This document shows positions 1 through 6,530 of a stretch of 9,427 nucleotides of DNA, piece after piece. The notes beneath the pieces are model-generated. The model did not search any database. It had not been told where the DNA came from and worked only from the letters and a program-made list of their open reading frames with translations. Made by a program: the position numbers and the translations under genes. Origin of the DNA: Amoeboradix gromovi X-113 (taxonomy: Eukaryota; Fungi; Sanchytriomycota). How positions within the stretch are numbered: position 1 is the stretch's first letter; the number at the start of each line of letters is the position of its first letter. The stretch lies in contig JADGIF010000395.1 of the NCBI GenBank assembly GCA_018985225.1, positions 1-9,427 on the forward strand, read 5' to 3'.

Positions 1-2
1 AT

Positions 3-149
3 ATATTTGAACGAGATGCAGGGTCTTCTAGTTTTATTTTAAAAAGAGGAATACAATCAATGAAAGAAAATTGGTATGATAGAAGATCTTTTATTAATGA
101 TGGCATTTCCTCTGTATGGAGCACCTTCTTTAAAAACGAGTTAGTCTAG
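3..149 (+). CDS. Possible 3' end of an upstream gene (partial, unknown product)
   Basis: The frame is open from the window edge for 48 codons (IFERDAGSSSFILKRGIQSMKENWYDRRSFINDGISSVWSTFFKNELV) to TAG at 147-149. No recognisable motif, and part of the antisense frame is also open. Confidence 0.3.
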   Translation: MFERDAGSSSFILKRGIQSMKENWYDRRSFINDGISSVWSTFFKNELV

Positions 150-379
150 TTTTTATATTTGGTGTCTTCATTAAGGTAGAGTCTATGTCATTTCCAATTA
201 CTCAATATCCGGCTTGGGCCTCTCATTTACAGTAAAAAAAAGTTTGCAACTTTCATGATGCCAATCGCCGAGATAAGGGGCTATCTTGCTAGTCTTCGAG
301 TATGCATGATTAATGGCGCAAAAAATAAAATTTTGATTGGCATATTTTTTCTTGGCAACTCCTTCCAACAAGAAATAGA

Positions 380-1746
380 ATGCGAGAAATTGTTAGTTTA
401 GCTATTGGTCAATGCGGTAATCAAATTGGCTCTAAATTTTGGGAGGTTTGTAGTGAAGAACACGGTATTGATCCGCAAGGCAATGCCCAAGGCTCTGCAG
501 AACAAAGCGCTCGTATTAATGTCTATTACAACGAGGCAAGCGGTGGGAAATTTGTACCTCGTGCGGTTTTAGTCGATTTAGAACCTGGAACTATGGATAG
601 CGTTCGTGCCGGTCCTTACGGTCAGTTGTTCAGACCTGATAATTTTATTTTTGGTCAATCTGGAGCTGGTAATAACTGGGCAAAAGGTTATTACACAGAA
701 GGCGCTGAATTAGTAGACAGTGTGCTAGATGTTGTCCGCAAAGAAGCTGAAAATACTGATTGTCTACAGGGATTCCAGATAACTCATTCTTTAGGTGGTG
801 GTACAGGTAGTGGAATGGGTTCTTTGGTGATCTCTAAAATACGTGAGGAGTATCCTGATAGAATGATGTGTACTTTCAGTGTTGTTCCTTCACCTAAAGT
901 CAGTGATACCGTTGTAGAGCCTTACAACGCTACTTTAAGTGTGCACCAGCTGGTAGAGAACTCTGATGAGACATACTGCATTGATAATGAAGCCTTGTAT
1001 GATATCTGCTTTAAAACTCTCAAATTAGGTAATCCTAGCTATGGTGACTTGAATCATCTGGTTTCTGCTGTCATGAGTGGTGTAACTACTTCTCTTAGAT
1101 TCCCTGGTCAATTGAACAGTGATTTACGTAAATTGGCTGTAAATATGGTTCCATTTCCTCGTTTGCATTTCTTCATCACTGGTTTTGCTCCTTTAACTAG
1201 CCGTGGTAGTCAGCAATATAGAAACTTGACCGTTCCTGAAATTACAGCTCAAATGTTCGATGCAAAAAATATGATGGCTGCATGGTATCCTTTAATTAAC
1301 GTAGTGATCCAAGACACGGTAGATATCTGACTGTAGCTGCCTTATTCAGAGGTAGAATCTCTATGAAAGAAGTAGAAACGCAAATGTTGAACGTACAAAG
1401 CAAAAACAGCGCTTACTTTGTAGAATGGATTCCAAATAACTGCAAGACTTCAGTCTGCGATGTACCTCCAAAAGGACTAAAAATGAGCGGAACTTTTATT
1501 GGTAACTCGACTGCTATCCAAGAACTATTTAAGCGTATTAATACTCAGTTTGTAGCCATGTTCAAGAGAAAAGCGTTTTTACATTGGTATACTGGAGAAG
1601 GTATGGATGAAATGGAGTTTACCGAAGCCGAAAGTAACATGAATGATTTGGTAAGTGAATATCAACAATACCAAGAAGCCACTGTAGACGATATGTTGGA
1701 TGAAGAAGGCGATGGGCCGGTTGTTGAGGGCGAAGAGACATATTAA
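380..1746 (+). CDS. TUBB: Beta-tubulin, 448 aa, join(380..1284,1305..1746)
   Basis: MREI start, [37 protein letters not shown], the GGGTGSG tubulin signature, [16 protein letters not shown] and [34 protein letters not shown]. Removing 1285-1304 joins the two ORF-track pieces and restores the conserved [23 protein letters not shown]. Exons 905+442 = 1347 nt = 448 aa + stop. Confidence 0.99.
1285..1304 (+). other. 20-nt spliceosomal GT-AG intron (phase 2, in the codon for canonical Cys303)
   Basis: Sequence GTATCCTTTAATTAACGTAG. Excision gives TG|T GAT CCA AGA CAC GGT (C-D-P-R-H-G) with no residue gained or lost. A branch-point-like TTAAC lies at 1296-1300. The unspliced frame stops at TGA 1328-1330. 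Confidence 0.95.
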
Positions 1747-1753
1747 AAAATCA

Positions 1754-1759
1754 AATAAA
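1754..1759 (+). terminator. Putative polyadenylation signal AATAAA (beta-tubulin)
   Basis: AATAAA 7 nt after the TAA stop; the same placement recurs at three other genes in the window. Confidence 0.55.
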
Positions 1760-1870
1760 CTATATGTTCCCCACATTCTAACAGGCATATTTATAATCCA
1801 GGCACATATGCTGCTTTGAATATGAAATAGTGGCATAATTGTTTGAGCCACCTAATCACGTCTCCGGAAT

Positions 1871-3016
1871 ATGAATGTAATTTTTATTTCTCTGCTTTTA
1901 GCATACATCCAGGATTGCAATGATGTCATTAACTTGGCACTGGCAATGAACATCAATACGGTTGCACCTGGATTAATGACCCAAATACGAAGTGACTGCT
2001 GCGGCCCTAGCATTGGAATTGAATGTGCAGATGGTAGAGTAATTGCAATAGATTGGTCTTATCAGGATTTGATAGGCTTCATAAACGGAACCGCACTCCC
2101 TTCAAAGCTGGAGAGGTTAAGTCTAGACAACAATTATTTAACTGGAGGTATACCAAGTGTTCTTCCCGATTCTCTTCTTTCGTTGTCACTTATGTACAAT
2201 AGGCTGACAGGAGGACTTCCAAGCATATATCCTTCAAACATAACGTCGCTGAATGTTTGCGTAAATAAATTGTCCGGTAATGTTCCAAAGTTTCCAGACA
2301 CCTTATCTGGAATATGCTTGGGGTATGGGCTTGAGACTGACTTGAATAGGTTCAGTGGTACCTTGGAACTCGTTAAACCCGATGAAATAATTATTATTAA
2401 CAACTACATTACCAACATTATAATTCATGATTCTAGCAAACTTGTGTCTTGCGACATATCACACAATCCACTGTTAGAACATATAAATGATCCTGGGTTG
2501 GCTAGTTGCTTCAACGAAGGACTTTATAGCGCATTTAGTCTTCCAATCACATTAAGCACAACAGTTTTTGGAACATCAACACTCCGAGAGACCAGCACCT
2601 CAAGCAGTCTCAGTATTATCTTAAGCAGTGACTTAATATCCCAGAACAATAGAAACTTCGGATCAGTAAGTTTTTCAGAGCTAAATTCAATTTTTATCAG
2701 CAAAACTAAGAGATCAAGTGCAAGCAACTCTCTATATTCTTCTAAGCAAGATTCTTTGGCATCACAATTGAATAGTAGAAGCTCGACCCCTAGACAGCGT
2801 ATTCAAACAACAAGTATACAAAATGTAGCTCCTTATTATAAGTCCAATATGTTTCAGTTAAGTGCAATACAATGGATTCTTATTGTTGTCAGACTAATTA
2901 TTAACATGGCAGGTCTGAGAACTGCAGTCCATTACACACCATTTAAAAGAGAGTGGAAAAGGACCTCCGTTTCAACGACACCAAAAAGTAATATACTTTT
3001 ATCAGTAATTGCATGA
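1871..3016 (+). CDS. Leucine-rich-repeat receptor-like cell-surface protein (signal peptide, Cys cap, LRRs, Ser/Thr stalk, probable TM, short basic tail), 381 aa
   Basis: Hydrophobic N-terminus MNVIFISLLLA. Cys cap DCCGPSIGIECADGRVIAIDW. Repeats LPSKLERLSLDNNYLTGGIPSV / LPDSLLSLSLMYNRLTGGLPSI / YPSNITSLNVCVNKLSGNVPK. S/T-rich region, then hydrophobic LSAIQWILIVVRLIINMAGL. No kinase domain. Confidence 0.88.
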   Translation: MNVIFISLLLAYIQDCNDVINLALAMNINTVAPGLMTQIRSDCCGPSIGIECADGRVIAIDWSYQDLIGFINGTALPSKLERLSLDNNYLTGGIPSVLPDSLLSLSLMYNRLTGGLPSIYPSNITSLNVCVNKLSGNVPKFPDTLSGICLGYGLETDLNRFSGTLELVKPDEIIIINNYITNIIIHDSSKLVSCDISHNPLLEHINDPGLASCFNEGLYSAFSLPITLSTTVFGTSTLRETSTSSSLSIILSSDLISQNNRNFGSVSFSELNSIFISKTKRSSASNSLYSSKQDSLASQLNSRSSTPRQRIQTTSIQNVAPYYKSNMFQLSAIQWILIVVRLIINMAGLRTAVHYTPFKREWKRTSVSTTPKSNILLSVIA

Positions 3017-3210
3017 TCTAGTGCACGGCTAGCTTTTCAATCCTTATTGAGCGGTTTAGGACACGCGAGGTCATTCTCAGAGACATTGAAAGATATGGGG
3101 GCTTGTTTTTCATGTTGTATTTTCACTGCTAAAGTGTGCCCCAAACTGCTAGGTTTTATGTTTAGAGGATGCCGAGGGTAAAACCAATGCGGAAATAAAC
3201 TTAAATACCA

Positions 3211-3216
3211 TTTATT
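3211..3216 (-). terminator. Putative polyadenylation signal AATAAA (minus-strand gene)
   Basis: TTTATT on the + strand, 11 nt past the TAG at 3230-3228. Confidence 0.45.
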
Positions 3217-3227
3217 TGTGCTTTTTA

Positions 3228-4064
3228 CTATATTCCATTGCAAAATGCAGCAAATAGTGCAATTCCACCCAATACTACTCCCAAGGCAATAATGACCCCG
3301 CCAGAAATGATGGTTGGTACGTTGTCAATTTGATTGCTGTATACGTTACATTTGTGCAAACTAGTTTTTTTTCTGTTGTATCTTGTGCACGATCCGCTTG
3401 TAAATGCTTCTTCCAATTTGGGATCTAATGAAGCACCTGTTACATTATCTATCTTGTCTTCCACCACTGGAAAATTGTAGTCCGGGTCACATTTGTAAGT
3501 CCAGTCACAGTCTCTTACACCAACTAATGCATTATGCTTATTTTTGTCAGATTCGTGAATCAAATAGGATCCAGTTCCAACGAGTCCAGCTAAAGCTGCC
3601 ACGAAAACAAACAAACTGAGAGAAATTGTGAGTATTCTTGATCCACTGTTTCTAGGAGCGCTGGGACGAGTATGTTGATGGCCAGTTTCAACATCCGTTG
3701 AATGACGCAAACCTCTCTTCTTCAGTGCTGTTTCACGATAGCAAATTTCCGGAAAGTCGTAATCCAAAGCTTCGAGAATAGCAATCTCTGTAAATCTATC
3801 ATTTCCAGAAAGCACAAGTTCGGCTCGTCTTTTGTCATCATCACTAACTGGCACAAAGTCATCGTCCAAGTGTAATCTCACATATTCATTGAATTGTCTT
3901 AATGTACCAAGGGATTTAGGTGTCAAATTGTGTACAGCTTTGCAGTTGTCAAAAATTTTTTCTCTAAAACACTTTAGCACATCATGAACACCCGCCTCTC
4001 TCGCAACAGATTGAATATCGTGCCAGTGTATTGCAGCAAAATAGACAGAAAACAAAACTAGCAT
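3228..4064 (-). CDS. Hypothetical secretory-pathway protein: signal peptide, N-terminal domain, KKR site, two hydrophobic helices flanking a 4-Cys loop, 278 aa
   Basis: The ORF-track start at 4070 is TTG; the first ATG is at 4064 (MLVLFSVYFAA). KKR at residues 115-117 (3722-3714). Hydrophobic segments ILTISLSLFVFVAALAGLVGTGSYLI and IISGGVIIALGVVLGGIALFAAF. No family recognised. Confidence 0.8.
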   Translation of the reverse strand: MLVLFSVYFAAIHWHDIQSVAREAGVHDVLKCFREKIFDNCKAVHNLTPKSLGTLRQFNEYVRLHLDDDFVPVSDDDKRRAELVLSGNDRFTEIAILEALDYDFPEICYRETALKKRGLRHSTDVETGHQHTRPSAPRNSGSRILTISLSLFVFVAALAGLVGTGSYLIHESDKNKHNALVGVRDCDWTYKCDPDYNFPVVEDKIDNVTGASLDPKLEEAFTSGSCTRYNRKKTSLHKCNVYSNQIDNVPTIISGGVIIALGVVLGGIALFAAFCNGI

Positions 4065-4459
4065 AGGCAAAAATAGTAGATGAGACTTTTATTTACCTTG
4101 TGACATCATAACTCGCGTCATTGTACTATCTGGTCATAACCGGAGCTGTCATTCTTTGAGCATATTAGCAAAGTATGGCAGAATAAGCTTTCTAATTTTG
4201 TATGATTGAGTACGGCAAAAGTTTGATATCGTTATTTTGTGGCATATACTCCTCGTAAAAGTCCTGATTTCCGAGAAAATCGAGAGTTTCCAGAGAAACT
4301 AGCAATGCTAGATGCTCCGTTACAATGATTGCTCACGCTTTCCCTACCCTGAGGCGGGATTGAATAAGGATACATATATTTGTGTATATTCCTTGTTGCC
4401 ATATGATCTTCTATTGTCGCATATTCGGTAAGACCAATCACAGATGAATTATTAAATAA

Positions 4460-5381
4460 ATGGTTTACGAGTTTATTTTTATTGTTCGTCTCATTCTAGG
4501 CATTGAAAGACACCTAATTGTTCCACGTTTGGACCAGTTCCTCAGTGTTGATGAATGTATGCTGCACCTGTTAGTTGTTTCTTTAGATTTGATTTACCAT
4601 TTGCGAAAAGGAAGAACATCGAGTATTTAAGCTATAAGAAAAATCTGGAAAAGTCTTGAAATTATACAAAAATGCATACAAATTCGCGATAAATGATTTA
4701 CTCAAGAAAACAATCGACCTGGTAAGTTTAGTATTCCACATTGTTTCAATCATTGCAAGAGATAAACCATTTACTGTGGAGATTGCCAAAAAAGAAAGAC
4801 ACTTGCATAGTTCTACGACTACGCAGAAGAATCTAAGTAAGTGCAAAAAGTCTACTCCAGCACCAATTATGGCTATTCTGCACATGGGTTGAGGTTCTCC
4901 ACGTGCCATAATACGCAAGAAACAACTTTCTAATGCAGCCAGACGTGGTAGATGTACTCTGGAAATAGCGTAGACTATGTCTGTCTTGCTTGGTATGATG
5001 CCCGTGTTGGCGCAGTGCATGAGGCAGAGTCTGGAGCTTATTATATCAAATATAGAGCAGTTACGGAGGCATCGACTAGGAATACCAACACCTTGATGAT
5101 TCAGAGTTGCAATATTGAAGCAAAAATGTTTTCAGAGACCTTAAATCACGCAATTAGTGTGGCAAGAGAAAGATGGGACTACATGGACTCCGAACAGCTA
5201 ATTGTTAACTTGCTCCTCCAAAAGCAGATCCTAATCGAGGTGTAGTGTGATCATAGCTGAAGCAGTAAGCACTTTATTGCGTATTCAGAGTCTGGTTTTC
5301 CATCTAGGCCATAAAAAATATGAAGATCAGAGAATTTCTTGGAAGCTTATTGAGAAAGGAGAAGGCCAAGTGCCCCTTTAA
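4460..5381 (+). pseudogene. Possible decayed or micro-intron-fragmented coding region, unidentified
   Basis: A chain of short + strand open frames: 4460-4630 MVYEFIFIVRLILG..., 4641-4892, 4952-5245, and ~5235-5381 ...VIIAEAVSTLLRIQSLVFHLGHKKYEDQRISWKLIEKGEGQVPL*. They fill a gap much larger than the other intergenic spaces. No recognisable homology. Confidence 0.25.
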
Positions 5382-5499
5382 GCTAAAAAGCAATTATTTA
5401 AATGAAAATCGATGTCAATTATCATCAATGGTTTAATTAAAATCTGAAGCCAATCATAATTCGAGAAACTGATGAAAACAAGCTCAAGGCCACATCGAT

Positions 5500-6228
5500 A
5501 TGAGTTGCCTATTTTCATTAGCAGTTGCATTTACAAGATTTCCTGTGCGAGCAAACTGGTACACTGATAGTGATATATCACCGTACAATTATTTTGCATC
5601 CACAGTTGTAGTTCCAAAAGTACCCAGTAAAGAGTGGGCCACGTTGTTTTTATGGCCTGGGCTGTCCCCAATCGGTGGAAAAAACTTGAGACCAATTGGA
5701 TATGGAGTCCTTCAGCCTGTCTTAACGTTTGGAAGTTCTTGCGCCCCAAACAGAAACCAATCACCGGCTCAACAACTGAAGAAATGGTGGATATCTGCCG
5801 TATATGTTAACATAGACACGGAACTACCGGGATATAAAGGATGTCATGGTGGTGATGGAATGGAAGTAAATGTTGGAGACAAACTACGGCTGGTTCTTGA
5901 GTTGGATAATAAAATCTGGACACAAACCGTTGTTAATCTAAGTAACAAGAAGAAAACTGTTACATACTCTATTGCCATGAACAATCAAGGCCAGGGTTGG
6001 GCTGAATGGGTGATCGAATCTGTAAATGATTGGCATAGAAATCCACCACAATTTACTGTCACAGATATTGAGCTAAGAACTGGTAATCCAAATCCCGACT
6101 ACTTCTGCGTATATGCACAGACGGTGTTTCCCGTTCCTGGTGCTAGTCTAAGATGCGCAGATGCTACCTTTCCGAAGCCAAACATTTGTAAAGTGTCTAA
6201 ATGTGTGTTTAACATCCCAAAAAAATAG
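5500..6228 (+). CDS. Secreted beta-sandwich protein, putative glutamic peptidase (family G1/eqolisin-like), 242 aa
   Basis: Short signal MSCLFSLAVA. Motif order TVVVP, LFLWPGL, GVLQPVL, WW, VNVGD, WAEWVIE parallels G1 peptidases (xVP, WVGIDG, LQxG, WYEW, VSxGD, AEWIVE). Candidate catalytic Gln72 (5713-5715) and Glu173 (6016-6018). Six Cys apart from the one in the signal peptide. The gene call is firm; the function is moderately supported. Confidence 0.7.
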   Translation: MSCLFSLAVAFTRFPVRANWYTDSDISPYNYFASTVVVPKVPSKEWATLFLWPGLSPIGGKNLRPIGYGVLQPVLTFGSSCAPNRNQSPAQQLKKWWISAVYVNIDTELPGYKGCHGGDGMEVNVGDKLRLVLELDNKIWTQTVVNLSNKKKTVTYSIAMNNQGQGWAEWVIESVNDWHRNPPQFTVTDIELRTGNPNPDYFCVYAQTVFPVPGASLRCADATFPKPNICKVSKCVFNIPKK

Positions 6229-6230
6229 AT

Positions 6231-6236
6231 AATAAA
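6231..6236 (+). terminator. Putative polyadenylation signal AATAAA
   Basis: 2 nt after the TAG stop at 6226-6228. Confidence 0.55.
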
Positions 6237-6530
6237 ATTTTAAGTTGTTTGGTAATTTCTTGGCTTTGCCATGATGTCGTTAGAGTATTAATTCGTTTTC
6301 TTGTCTACTTACTGGGTCCTTTGCGTTCCTTAGCAGACATTCAAATACTTGAAATTTGGTAAATTGCTTTTGTAACCTTTTCCTAATTTGGCCGTGATAG
6401 ATCTAATCATACAGAAACGAGTTAGTGATCTGTTTACCACTGTTCAGTATTTGAAAGTATGGCTTAATTTCCATAAATGGCTCACGATTGGTCTTAAAAC
6501 AAATAAATAAATTCAACTCCTATTTGGAAT

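Noticed and set aside
134-145. 12-mer AAACGAGTTAGT repeated at 6415-6426
   Set aside because: A few 12-mer matches are expected by chance in 9.4 kb of AT-rich DNA, and the match does not extend.
180-198. Minus-strand 19-nt intron-like GTAATTGGAAATGACATAG resembling the tubulin intron layout
   Set aside because: The best spliced frame has no ATG and meets a TAG shortly afterwards, so no gene model supports it.
380-1746. Beta-tubulin as a split gene, frameshifted pseudogene, programmed frameshift, or bacterial BtubB
   Set aside because: A precise GT-AG excision restores the conserved sequence, the rest of the gene is intact, and the context is eukaryotic with no btubA or operon structure.
4583-5020. 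Minus-strand 145-aa ORF with a Rossmann-like RIAIIGAG
   Set aside because: The third Gly of GxGxxG and the following helix/strand pattern are absent, and trial removal of a 23-nt GT-AG segment did not restore them. Probably chance.
4460-5245. TAA/TAG stop-codon reassignment making one long ORF in this frame
   Set aside because: The frame also contains TGA. Tubulin and ABCG end at TAA in the expected places, and none of the long genes has an internal TAA/TAG.
6280-6474. Minus-strand ~64-codon frame (MEIKPYFQ...ENELIL) with one internal TAG and an ACTAAC branch-like motif
   Set aside because: The nearby GT-AG excision shifts into a frame that stops within a few codons, and there is no recognisable homology.
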